Assembly: GCA_001642005.1 (NCBI GenBank)
Contig: LWCA01000271.1
Location: forward strand, 1-34,982
From: Intoshia linei
Taxonomy: Eukaryota > Animalia > Orthonectida
Length of the DNA stretch: 34,982 bases
Reading direction: 5' to 3'
The notes under the pieces were generated by a model. The model searched no databases and was not told the origin of the DNA. It saw nothing but the letters and a program-made list of their open reading frames with translations. The position numbers and the translations under genes were made by a program. This document shows, in pieces, positions 1 to 11,515 of this stretch. Every line of letters begins with the position of its first letter. The first letter of the stretch is position 1.

Positions 1-2
1 AT

Positions 3-89
3 ATAACTAAGAAAAGATCCAGAATATCACCCGATGTTGTTAATGCTTTGGTGTCTTTGAAATTCTACTTTATAGATAAAAATATATAA
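3..89 (+). mobile_element. Remnant of a hAT transposase C-terminal dimerisation domain (probably inside an MDH intron)
   Basis: Frame from nt 3 reads ITKKRSRISPDVVNALVSLKFYFIDKNI*, resembling the hAT C-terminal pattern 'ITxxRxRLSPxxVxALxxLK'. Truncated by the window start. Confidence 0.6.
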
Positions 90-446
90 TATAACAGTTG
101 TAATTAATTTTTCAATTAAGTTACACGAAATCTTGTCATCAATATCAAACATTTGTTTGAATTTTTTAATACGTGATGTAACATAATATTTTAATAAATG
201 AACCCAATTACAGAGCATTTTTTAGTCTAATATTGACTCCTGGATCAGAATAATAGTTATGGAACCAAACAGAAATTTTAATTTAAATATCCTTTGCTAG
301 TGACGCGTTTTTATTTTTTTATGTATCAGTTTGCGACAAATTGCAATTATCAAAACTTTTTATTTTTGTCGTCAAAATTTTTTCTGTCATTTGATACATT
401 TTATTGTTAATAATTTGTCAGTTTTTGTAACATTATGAATGTAAAG

Positions 447-756
447 CAGGGGCGGCAATTTTTTGCATCTCATGGGCCAATTTTATATATCAAAAAATTC
501 CACGGGCCCCGTTTTTGAATATTTACACATGATACACTTCAATTTTAGTTAAAGAGAAACGGTTCTAGTATATTCAACAAAATAAAGTCCAGGGCGATTT
601 GAAAATTCAGTATTAAAAATGATTATAATAGCCAATTTTAGTAGAAAATGTTTTAAAACTGCGTTTAAAAGTTATAAGATTTAAAAATAAATAATTTACA
701 CATTTACTTAAAGGGCAGCCAAAATTATTTTGTGGGCCACTGGTTGCCTACCCCTG
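447..756. mobile_element. hAT-type MITE (310 bp) with perfect 8-bp TSD
   Basis: Left end CAGGGGCGGCAA; right end TTGCCTACCCCTG (reverse complement CAGGGGTAGGCAA). Identical ATGTAAAG flanks at 439-446 and 757-764. Confidence 0.9.
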
Positions 757-820
757 ATGTAAAGGCATAAAAATATTTATTTTCCGTTTTACAATTACCG
801 ATTTATACTACATTTTGTAG

Positions 821-1436
821 ATAGCGTCAAAAATGAAAATTACAACATCAAGTATATCAAATGTAACAATTTTTGGAAATCACTCATCTCTGCAATACCC
901 ACACGCTTGGGATGCCAAGTACAATGACAACGGAATACCTAAATCAGTCGTTCAAAAATTGGACAACGATCATTGGCTAAAAAACACATTCGTAGACGTA
1001 ATCTATTAATGAGTAGATATACATAATTATTAATTAGGTTGTGAGAGAAAGAGGCCACCAAATAATTAAAAACAAAAAATCGGCAAGTGGTTGTTCCGTA
1101 GCAAAGGCTATACTGGACCATTTAGTTATGTGGAATTATGGATCGGTTTTCATAAAATTACTAACATTTATTTTATTTTTATAGCAAAATGAAATAATAA
1201 GCATAGGATTAGAGTCAAAAGGAGAATATGGAGTACCAGACGGTTTATTCTTTAATTTTCCAACAAAAATATCTGACTCTGGAACCATTACAGTAGACAC
1301 CTCAATTGGTATATCGGATTACGACAAAGAAATTTTACAACTAAATATAAAAGAATTGCAATCGGAGAAAGATTTAGCCTTATCTATAGTTCAAGAAGTT
1401 CTGGAACCCAAACTATTAAAAAATAAAAATAAATAA
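821..1436 (+). CDS. MDH1: Cytosolic malate dehydrogenase (MDH1-like), last three exons; 5' part lies upstream of the window
   Basis: Exons 821-997, 1038-1145 and 1185-1436 (introns of 40 and 39 nt). Splices to IASKMKITTSSISNVTIFGNHSSLQYP...DNDHWLKNTFVD/VVRERGHQIIKNKKSASGCSVAKAILDHLVMWNYGS/QNEIISIGLESKGEYGVPDGLFFNFP..., with the MDH1 GNHS catalytic His motif and the YGVPxxLxFxFP motif. Confidence 0.88.
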
Positions 1437-1469
1437 ACGTGTAATTGATACAATTTATAAATGTTGATA

Positions 1470-2765
1470 TTAATCATACCAAAAATTTATAGAAATTGAG
1501 GTGGATAGTGATCTAACATAATGCCAATGTTTAGAAGGTATATACAACATTTCTCCTGGTCTGAGTATAGTTATTATTGGTTTTGCTTTAATAAAATTTG
1601 GAAATTTTTCAAGGTCCGGATATTCCACGTTAACGCGAGATGTGTTTTTGTTTAATCCTTCAATTTCAGGGTACATGAAATCATTTTGTGATGTATCAAA
1701 GAGATATACCAATTTTTCCCCAACTATTTGACAGAGAAAATTGTCTTTTGGGTCAGTGTGAGCGGGTGAAATCGTCCCCTTCGGTCCTATCCATGAATTA
1801 ATGTCAACTTGGTTCAAATTGTTTCCAACAAAACAATAATCTGGAATAATCACATCTTTTTCCAAAATTGGAATTTGCTCCAATAACCGATGTTGCGCAA
1901 GATAACCCATAGGTTTTTTGTTATCGTTACTTTCGAAACAGTTTTGTATATATTTGTAGAATTGCATCATGGTCTGAGACCAGGATTCATCATTATATTT
2001 GGTACCAATTTCGATGGGAACATTTCGGTATCCACAAATTTGGTTAAAATAATTAATTGACCATTTATTTTTGTTAAATGCTGGCCAATCCATCATAGAT
2101 TCTGTTAAAATGGTTGAAACTTGTTTATCGAAAAATTGTAATTTGAAATTGACTATTGACGGAATTCTTACCCGGTTAATATGGGTCCACAGATGAGATT
2201 TATAGTAACATGGTAAGATTTCAAGTATTTCATTTTTATTCACAATTTTTGTATTTGAAAAATATATTTCTGAATCATCTATTTTGGTGGATATTTTGAT
2301 AGGGTTTAAAGAAATTAAATAATCGTGCAAACATTGAGCAAATTCAGATAATAAATTATCACATTCTTTAAATATAATAAAATCTCCGAGTAATATGGTC
2401 AAATCAATCCTTTCTAAAATTTGAGAAAAAAATTCAAAAAGGTTTTTTTTATCATGTAAGAATATTTTCGATAAATTAATAAAAATACTAGAATAAGCAT
2501 ACAAAATTCTATATTCCTTTAGAACCAGATTCCATTGTCCCATGTTTATCCTTGTGTAAGCAAAATCCAACAATAAATTTCCATGAATAATGCATTTTTT
2601 CCAATTTTTATTAATAAAATAATCAAATACGCGTTTTAAATGGTTTATATACTTTGCTGAATTACCTGAAAAGTTATTTTTAATGTTATCATATTCAGTA
2701 ATGTGTTTGTTTGATTCAAATAGATTATAGAACCAATTTACTTTTGACAAAAATTGTTGGTGCAT
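1470..2765 (-). CDS. KDM8: JmjC-domain hydroxylase JMJD5/KDM8 (single exon, 431 aa)
   Basis: Motifs: GYRNVPIEIGxKYxDESWSQ, GYLAQHxLxxQIP, D(V)IIPDYC, WIGPKGTISPAHTDPKDN (HxD) and PGEMLYIPSKHWHYVRSLSTSISINFW. Confidence 0.93.
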   Translation of the reverse strand: MHQQFLSKVNWFYNLFESNKHITEYDNIKNNFSGNSAKYINHLKRVFDYFINKNWKKCIIHGNLLLDFAYTRINMGQWNLVLKEYRILYAYSSIFINLSKIFLHDKKNLFEFFSQILERIDLTILLGDFIIFKECDNLLSEFAQCLHDYLISLNPIKISTKIDDSEIYFSNTKIVNKNEILEILPCYYKSHLWTHINRVRIPSIVNFKLQFFDKQVSTILTESMMDWPAFNKNKWSINYFNQICGYRNVPIEIGTKYNDESWSQTMMQFYKYIQNCFESNDNKKPMGYLAQHRLLEQIPILEKDVIIPDYCFVGNNLNQVDINSWIGPKGTISPAHTDPKDNFLCQIVGEKLVYLFDTSQNDFMYPEIEGLNKNTSRVNVEYPDLEKFPNFIKAKPIITILRPGEMLYIPSKHWHYVRSLSTSISINFWYD

Positions 2766-2809
2766 TGCTGTAAAATAAATTTACATTTATTTTAAAAATT
2801 TAAAATTTT

Positions 2810-5486
2810 ATGAGCTCGCAAAGTATCCCAAAAACTGTACGTAATGTTAAACTATCGATAGTTTTGGATATCGGTAGTTCATACACCAAGTAAGGAATTT
2901 CATAATTTCTAAAGTAATCACTAGGTGTGGATTTTCCGGTACAAGTAGACCTATATGCATAATTCCAAGTGCGTTTCACTCTCAGGCAGCCAACAAAGTT
3001 TGGTTAATTTAAATACTTTTAATATTCATGGTTTTCAGGTCATATATATTGAAAATATAATTTCTAAATATGAACCCTTCTACTATCATCTATTGAAAGA
3101 ATTTATTTCTGTCCTTTATCTGAGGTATTTTTTTGATTCGTTTAATCATTTATTAGATATCTACATGTTAAATCTAACGAAAAAAAAGTTACCATTGTTG
3201 AAAATATGTTTATGTCAAAATTATTACGCGACGCCTTAGCAAAAATATTTTTTACTGTCTTTGATGTAATTTTAGTTTTTATAAACTTTTAATTGTAATG
3301 TAATTGTTCTTACTCTGAAAAGTATATTTTAATTAGGTGCCTGGTTTGAATTTTCTACCGTGTCTTTTATCAAGTTTTTATGTTTTGGGAAATCAAAGTG
3401 CTTTAATATTGGATTGCGCTCATACTCACATTTCAGCGATAGCTGTATATTATATATTATTCATATATAATGTATATTTTTAGGTGTATGAACATGTTCC
3501 TATTATTAGCAGTTTTACTTTTACCAATAATTCTTGTAGATCCGTTAATAAATTTATTTTAAAAGAATTGAGAAAATGCAATGATTTAGGTTTCCAATAT
3601 ATTAAAGGTTGATTTTTTAATTTTTCATATAGAAGACGTAACTATTTCTGAAAGCGATTTGGATAAAATAAGAAGTAAATAATATATTTATTTATATAAG
3701 ATATATCCAACCTAGGGATGATAAAAATTTTATCAAGTTTTTCATTTTTAAGATTATTGACCATTCAATCAAACAAATCTTACCATACAACTTTTTTTAC
3801 TCTTTTCAAGGAGTAGCAATTTTAACTACTGAAAATAATATTGCAAATAAAATACCACTCAAAGGATTAAAATATATTTTTTTTGTCCTAATGAGACCCT
3901 TCAACAGTCTTAAACTTTTGGATAGACCTTTTGAACACATGCATCACTTTGTAGGCCTTGTCATTCTTTACATTGCTGCGAATTTTGGGCCAAAGTTTTA
4001 AAATGATTTCAACGATTTTCTTCATAGACTATATATAGTTTTAAAAATACGAGATCTGGATGTGTTAGTAAAATTTTAACGTTAAATTGTGAGAATATTC
4101 TTAGACCCAATCATTTTTACTATAAATGCACTTTTACCAACCTTAAAGGGAAAAATCCATTTTCACAAACCTTAAGTGAAAATTTCAATTTTATCAATCC
4201 CTAAGTGAAAATTCCTGTTCTTCCAAACCGTACAAGGAAAAATGCAGTTTTACCAACCCTAAAGTGAAAATTCCAATTTTACTTATTTTTAAGGGAAAAA
4301 CCCACTTTTACAAACTCTTTAGGGAAAAATCCAATTTTTACCAATCCTTCACGGATAAATCCACTTTTATAAACTCTAAAACGAAAAATTCAGTTTTACC
4401 AATCCTAAAGTGAGAATTCCAATTTTACCAACTCTAAAATGAAAAAATCAATTTTACCAACCCGTAAGTGAAAAACCCACTTTTACCAATCCTTAAGGAA
4501 AAATCCATAACTATATTATATAAATTTTTATTTTTAGGGTTGGTAAAACTCACTTTTTCGCTTAAGACTTGATAAAATTGGATTTTTTACTTAATGGTTG
4601 ATAAAATTAGATTTTTCCCTTAATGGTTGATAAAATTAGATTTTTCCTTTAATGGTTGGTAAAATCCGAATTTTCACTTAAGGGTCTGTAAAAGTGGATT
4701 ATTTTTTTTAGGGTTGGTAAAACTGGACTTTTTTCTTGAAGTATTGGTTAATTTTCATTTTTAGTAAAAATGGTTGGATTTAAGTAGACACTATTAAATT
4801 ATTATTTCCTGATTTCCATAACTAATTGTGAATCATTTAGCTAAATTTTGTATACTAATGGACGAAAATGATGAAGATGATTCTATTACTGAAACGGTTT
4901 ATTTTTTAAAAAGTCACGATGCTATATATATTTGTAGGAATTTCTTTCATCAGAAGGGAATAAATTGAGTATATCCAAAATAATTCGGTACTATTCATTG
5001 TATAATTTATTGATATTTAGTAAACAAGCCTTTATACAATTACTGGATAGTTCTGAAGGTTCAATTATCACCTTAATTGATAAAGTTTTACAAAAGGTAA
5101 AACTTGATTATTATTAACATTTTTTGAAGGTACCCATAACGTTTCGTCATATCATAGCCAATAAATTATATTTTACTGGTGGATTGGTTCATCAAGATCA
5201 GTTTGTACCAATTGTCATGCAAAAATTAAGAAAACATTTACAACTTAATGGCTCGAATTTAAGTCGTCATTTGTCGTATTACAACACCCCTCTCGGTAAA
5301 CCAAACTACCATGCCTGGTTGGGAGGTAATTTGGTTGGTTAAATATTCTTGATTACAGATTTAGGTTCAATTGCATCTTCTTTACCGTCCGACCTTTACA
5401 AAGACATTGAAATGACGAAACAAGAATACATGTCTGTAAAAACTGTGCCAATGAGGTACGATTGGCTACATTCTCAATTTGAATAA
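2810..5486 (+). CDS. ACTR10: Actin-related protein 10 (dynactin Arp11), multi-exon
   Basis: Spliced reading: MSSQSIPKTVLLDIGSSYTKCGFSGTSRPICIIP...LLKEFISVLYL...KKVTIVENMFMSKLLRDALAKIFFTVFD...SALILDC...LYFTGG...KPNYHAWLGG...QEYMSVKTVPMRYDWLHSQFE*. Many ~35-60 nt introns plus one long, repeat-filled intron. Internal exon boundaries are approximate. Confidence 0.85.
4100..4784. mobile_element. Foldback-type element: terminal inverted repeats plus inverted arrays of a ~30-bp unit
   Basis: Left end CTTAGACCCAATCATTTTTACTATAAATG; right end reverse complement CTTAAATCCAACCATTTTTACTAAAAATG. About 13 units of TTTTACCAAnCnTAAGnGAAAAATCCAn at 4131-4510 face about 7 inverted units at 4530-4750. Confidence 0.8.
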
Positions 5487-5497
5487 TTATCCTTTAT

Positions 5498-6056
5498 TTA
5501 CAAAATTTGGCATATAAATAAAATAAATATTATGTAACTGGATGTTCTGTATGGTCGAGAGCCATTACAGTAATCACCTTTACAGCATTTTATTTGACGA
5601 TAGGGCAAAAGATCTAAATCTGGTAAAAAAATAAAGTAATAATTTTTCTAACCCACACTAAAGCAGTCTTCAAAACAATCTCGTTTTATATTGTAATTTC
5701 TATCGTTAGACTTTTGATATATTGTCTAAATTTAAAAATAATACAAAACGTGTTTAAGTTGTAATTACTCCACATTGACTAAAGCAGGGAACTATTGGTA
5801 TTCTACCTGAAATGAATGGATTTCTGCAATTGACATTACCCATAGCATAACCATCCAATATGTAAAATATACAAGCATAACAATAAGAAAAATTTTGGTT
5901 TTCTCCCATAATTTTTGAATTTTCACCGATATAGCTTGATGGAACGTTGAGATATGTTTGGTTTTGTACTCTCATTTGATTTTCACCATGTTTGTTACTT
6001 TTGGTATTTACAAAATCTAAATAAATAGAATAACATCTTTGGCGCAAATTTGACAA
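5498..6056 (-). CDS. Ly6/uPAR three-finger (quiver/sleepless-like), probably GPI-anchored; start or signal exon not located
   Basis: Splicing two short introns gives ...CYACIFYILDGYAMGNVNCRNPF...IVPCFSQCG/TIYQKSNDRNYNIKRDCFEDCF/NLDLLPYRQIKCCKGDYCNGS...YIIFILFICQIL*. It has the CYxC start, the CCxxDxCN end and a hydrophobic C-terminal tail. Confidence 0.72.
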
Positions 6057-6185
6057 AATATATAACAGGTAATATTTAACTTAAATGATACTAAGCGATT
6101 ATATTTAATTGGCGCAATGTACCAGGTAATATTTTAAAGTTTTATCGATAAGGTTAATTTATATTATTTTGATTGTAAAATATAA

Positions 6186-7986
6186 ATGCGTGTTAAAAAT
6201 ACGCCTACAAAAAATTCAAGTTTTAATCCGATACTGTTGACGTCGCGATCAACGTTGTTTTCTTTGTTCTTACAATCCCAGGAAAAACGAAGATTAAAAG
6301 TTTATAAACATTCCATTCGAAAATTGAAAGAAAAACAATTATTAATACCGCTCAAATCTTTTCAGAGAATTGTTAAAGATATCATTGGAGCTCATGGACA
6401 AAATTTTAGAATCCAATATGAGGCTTTATTGGCTATTCAAGTATTTTATATTTTTAAACATGTTAGTTATACTAATTTTATTCACTTTTATCTAAAAGTA
6501 GTGACAGAAATATTAAGATAATATATATTTTTATAAAAATTATTTTGGATAGTTCAACCTATTTGCAATATCGGATCTAGGTGAGTGCAGGGCGGCCGCC
6601 CACTGGTGACAAATGTGCACCTATATATTTTAATTTGTGTATTTAAAAAAAATTCTAATTTAAAGGATGCATCAAATTGAGTTTATTGAATTATGTTTGT
6701 TATCATTAAAAATATATAATGATCATTAATCTATGTATTATTTGTTATACTAGTAACAGCACTTAAAATTAAATTATCGGACTTAACGTTGTTGATAATC
6801 GAAAGAGAACTTGCCGAAAATGTCGATTTTGATGCAGTTATTGAAAAATTTAAATACATTATAGGAGTTTGGCCCTTAATAATTATTTCGCCCCTGGCTG
6901 AAAATCCTAGATCAGCTACTGCCTACGTATGGTAAAATTATGAGACATTAAAATAAATCTTCACCTTTTTAAATATAAGATTATTTATATTTGAAACCAT
7001 ACTGGTAATCGAAATGTCAAGTATCAAACTCTTATAAAAATGATATCCGAATTTTATTAATTAAATATTGTTTAATTTAAAAGAGATATATAGGGAAAAA
7101 TTATGAAAAATCCATTAGAATAGAATTATACTATATAATTAATTAAACGTTTTAATGTTAACATGTATTTCTTAATGAGTAAATTATTGATTTTTTCGAA
7201 TACCTCAAAAATTCAGATATCGGACAATTCAAAAGTTTTTGAGTATATTAATAAATTTGGAATTAATATAAAATACCTGTATTAGGAGATAATGTTGAAT
7301 AAACAGAAAAATTTAATTTTTTCCATTTGTATTTGAAGATATACCTTTTGAAATTAAAATTTTTAATAATGCTCATGATTTTATAATCTGTACCGATATA
7401 TTTTTTTTTAAATTCTAGAACTCGTTTAATTTTAAAAAAAAAAGAAGATAATTCTAGTTTTTGATAAGGAAGAGGTAACAGTTTCTGAGATTGACATTTA
7501 TTTTTTATTTATGTTTATTTTATTTATTATTAATTTATACCCTGAAAAATCTTATTTTGAATTTATGTGTGTTAAAATGCTAGGACTCTTGGTTATTGAA
7601 AAAATGGTAACACAGACACCAAACATTCAATTTTATATAATTAAGGATAATTAGATTTTTTCATTTGATATTTTTGAGTATCCCTTGTACGTAATATGAA
7701 AAAGTAGATTTTTTAAATTAAATTTTTTACGGTCATGTTTTTTTAATTTTAATAAACAATCTACTGTTAAAATATAGACTGCTGCTGAAGATTACTTTAT
7801 TTCGCTCATGAAAGATGCCGATTTTTGTACTAAACATGGAAAAAGAACCACATTGATACCTAAAGACATAAAATTAGCATTAAAAATTCGGGGTATATTA
7901 TATACTTATGTATTTCTGAAATACACGTAATTATTAGTTATTAATTAATAGATTGTAGTAAGGATCTCTTGGTGCAGAAATTTTAA
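6186..7986 (+). CDS. Divergent histone H3-family protein (CenH3 candidate or novel variant)
   Basis: Exon 6186-6440 plus exon from 7778 (intron 6441-7777, GT..AG) gives LLIPLKSFQRIVKDIIGAHGQNFRIQYEALLAIQ/TAAEDYFISLMKDADFCTKHGKRTTLIPKDIKLALKIR, a complete H3 histone fold. It ends either at about 7930 or, via intron 7893-7951, at 7986. Confidence 0.85.
6566..6921 (+). mobile_element. Old hAT deletion derivative in the H3-variant intron
   Basis: Degenerate TIRs CAATATCGGATCTAGG and (reverse complement) CAGTAGCTGATCTAGG. Internal peptide KLSDLTLLIIERELAENVDFDAVIEKF resembles the hAT/ZMYM1-like dimerisation C-terminus. Flanks CCTATTTG / CCTACGTA may be a decayed TSD. Confidence 0.7.
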
Positions 7987-9529
7987 TTTTTAAGGTGTAT
8001 TAATAATTATAATATCAGTTTCTGTAAATTTTCACGATGAAAAACCTATTCAAAGTTATCTTTATCTAATCATCTGAAAATGAAATATTTTTAAGTTAAC
8101 CTGATGGATACATTTTTTTTAAATCTTAGATAATAATGACAGTTTATCATGAATAGTTATCAAACTAACAACTAATGTCGATAATCAACTTAAGTTATTG
8201 ATTTTTTGAAAAACTATTCAATTAAATAAATAGAATTGATTTGAAAATTTTTATTTTGAATTAGAAAAAACATCGCTATATAAAGATATCCATATACTAT
8301 GTACAATAAAATTACCATATACAAATAATAGTAGAAATATTAGAATTTTAAGGGCAAAATCATGATAAATTGCGTTCATTTTTTCTTTCATTATCAGAAG
8401 AACGTGCTATGTTGCAACTATATTTGGACTTATTAAACTGATAATGATGTAATTTTAATATTTCTTGTGAATCAAATATAATGCCAGTTTTGTCACATAA
8501 AATATCTCAAAATATAAATTTGAATTTCAGAGAATCTAAATGTGAATGGTTTATATATAAATTAAATATTACCAATTTTTATCAAATTTTTTAGATAAAT
8601 CTTGAAATTATACAGCAATTAATGAAAAGTTTAAATTTGATTGTTTAATACATTTAAGTAAATCAATTTATATTATTGTTATTCTAGCTTTATTTTACAC
8701 CAATATAGGCGTTCCACTAATTTATTAACATTGAGGGTATTCATATTTTATTTATTAAAATATCGAATGATTAAAAAAATCGATAGTTAATGGTTGGTAA
8801 ATAACAAATTTAATTTAATCGAATTTATAATGAGATTTAATGTACCAGGTATTGTAGTTTGATTAACTGAATTTTGCTATCGAACTTGTTATAAATTATA
8901 TATTAAATTAAAATAATTAAAAAGTTTTTTCAACTACTAAACATAATTTAAATGAATGACTTGAATAATTTCTCAACATCTAGACTCAATAAGATGAGTT
9001 ATACTACTTAAAATTTGACCTCTATTTCATTTTGTTTTGCACATTTATAAAATAATGTTTAACATGTATAAAATAATTTACTATTACATTAAAACTATAA
9101 TGATAATGTGCCATTTAGTTATCTTGAAACTGTTCAATTTTGAATATCAAAAATCTTCTGTTTTTTTATATCAGTTTTAGTATTTATATTAATTTATTCT
9201 TTTTCAATTGGAAATCCGATATTGATGAAATATTAGGTATACATAAGCAAATTCAATTTTTATTTTTAAATTATATGATTAAAGTAATTTATAGGTTAAT
9301 ATTCTGTTTGCTATATTTTTGTCAGTCATTTATAAGATTATTGAAATAAAATGCTCAATTAAATTAATCAAAGGTACAGAAATTTACCCAAATAACATCT
9401 CCTCTAGGTAAAATTATCCAATATTTTAAATACAGAATTTTATCAATTTTTTATTAATTTATTTTGATAATTATTTTTTCAGTTAACAATAAAATTTTAT
9501 TAAATTTTTATTAATTGTATTATAATCGA

Positions 9530-10205
9530 TTAAATTTTAATGATATTTTTACAATTCAGTATTTCTTTAACTCTATCAAATATGTCTTTTAAATAATTAT
9601 TTTTATATTTTTCTTGATCACATTTAAAATTGGTGAATAAATTAAAAAGATAATTAAAATTGCAGGCATTGATTCCTTTGGCATTAGCAATTTGTTCAGC
9701 GATTGTATTATGCGAGTCAGTTTGATTATAATTTGGATGATTAGTTTTTGCAACAAAACAATACGCAGATAAACAAATATCGAGGTCGATATAATGAATA
9801 TCATGAGTATAACAATTAATTTTCATTGTTTGGTACGTATTGTCTTCATAATTTTTCAATTTATCTAATACTTCCTTCTCATTTAAATGCGAAATTTTAT
9901 ACAAATTCCCCCACAATAATTTCTAAAAATTTATTATACAATAATAACAATTACTTACGTTTTCATCAGATTTTTCAATTGTGAGTATTCTGCCGGGCTA
10001 AAAGTTTATATTTTATGATTTTATTAAAATACATTTTCTTTTGTTCCCCATTTCTCTCGACTGACAACCCAAAATTTGGCTTCATAGCCCTTTGTAAATC
10101 CATTTACTACATACTCGTAATCTATTTCTATTAAAATAAAATGGAAATGAAATATCACTATTTACCCAAATCTGGAAATATAAAACCATAAGAAAAAATA
10201 AACAT
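9530..10205 (-). CDS. ChaC-family gamma-glutamylcyclotransferase, divergent paralog A (4 exons)
   Basis: MFIFSYGFIFPDL/EIDYEYVVNGFTKGYEAKFWVVSREKWGTKEN/PGRILTIEKSDEN/KLLWGNLYKI...LKNYEDNTY...IAEQIANAKGINACNFNYLFNL. Same three intron positions as the canonical copy. Confidence 0.85.
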
Positions 10206-10338
10206 TAATAAATACAAATGAAAATATTTTGCTTAGCATAGCAATAATTTTAAAATTTAATGAACTATAAATTTTATATATAATAATTTAATACAGAATA
10301 AACTAATTAATAGTTTCTAATGAGCTGAATGTAAAAGT

Positions 10339-11515
10339 TTATTCAAGTATGGACTTGACCTTAAAGGTGAGTTCGTTGAGATGATCATCACAACTACCGG
10401 GCTTAAATTTTTGCATAGCTGTGTGTAGATTAAATAAATATTCATAATTTGTGCCACTGTTGCCGGAAGCATGAGCAATTTGTAACGCCATCTCCTCGAG
10501 TGGTGCAGGGCCTAAATAACATTCGTTTCCAGGTTGTCCAATGTATATTTCTAGGTTAAAAGGCTTCATTTCTTTATATTTATCGTCTTGAGGGGTAAAT
10601 GGGACTATTATTTTTTCATATCCACCTTTTTCTCGGTAATTTAACTGTTTTTCGATAGTTTTATTATTATCATCTTTAATGTAGTAAGATATTCCCCAAA
10701 CTTTAATCTATAATACAATAAATTACTGTATACCAAAGTCTTACGTTAGCATTTTGAGATTTTACAAGGGTAACCACACGGCCAGGCTTTACATAAATTA
10801 AATTATAAATATTGTAATTTTACTTTTCCCGGTATTCCACGATGATCATAACTACCTTGCCAAAATTTTCTTTCGTATCCAGTTACATATCCTTTCACTG
10901 CAATTTCATATGGAAAATCTAAATATAGTGAAATGATATTATAATGCGATGCTAAAAATTTAACATTCACCCCAATCATTTAAAATTTTCGTATTCACCC
11001 CGTATTATTTCATATTCATAATATAATTATTCACCCCTTGGGTGACCTTTGGTACGTGATAGTGAGATACTTTGGAATTTTGTTTATAAAAAGATTTTTT
11101 TAGATATTATATATTTAAAATAATAACTAAATTTTGTCTCTATTATGTTTAACTCAAGACACGTATATTTTAACTTTATTATGAAAATATGTGTACTTAG
11201 TGAGAATACTAATTATTTAGTGATTTTAGGACACATACAAAAATTTAAAAACTATTTAAAAAACAAATTCTAATTGATTATATAAACATAATTGTAAGAC
11301 AATTCCTGCGTGATAGTATACATCTTTGTCAATTTAGATAAATTATTAGTTTTATTTTACATAAATATATTTTTGTTAGTAATACTATCATGTAAAATTT
11401 ATATTGTAAATATTGTTCACAAAAGTTAAACACGTAATTATATATTATATAAGCCATCTAAAACCTTAAACATACCTATTTTCCATATTAAAGATCCATA
11501 CCCGAATATCCACAT
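10339..11515 (-). CDS. CHAC2: Canonical glutathione-specific gamma-glutamylcyclotransferase ChaC (ChaC2-like), paralog B (4 exons)
   Basis: [67 protein letters not shown]...LNYREKGGY...[31 protein letters not shown]...DDHL. All ChaC motifs (YGSL, HRG, PGRV, REKGGY) are intact. Confidence 0.95.

Noticed and set aside
4131-4750. Regular ~30-bp repeats as a CRISPR array
   Set aside because: The units are tandem and degenerate with no unique spacers, they are inverted in the second half, the context is a eukaryotic intron, and there are no cas genes.
8000-9500. Possible minus-strand gene (hydrophobic stretch MKEKMNAIYHDFALKILIFLLLFVYG near 8250-8400)
   Set aside because: I could not assemble a consistent exon chain or recognise a family, and hydrophobic peptides arise by chance in AT-rich DNA.
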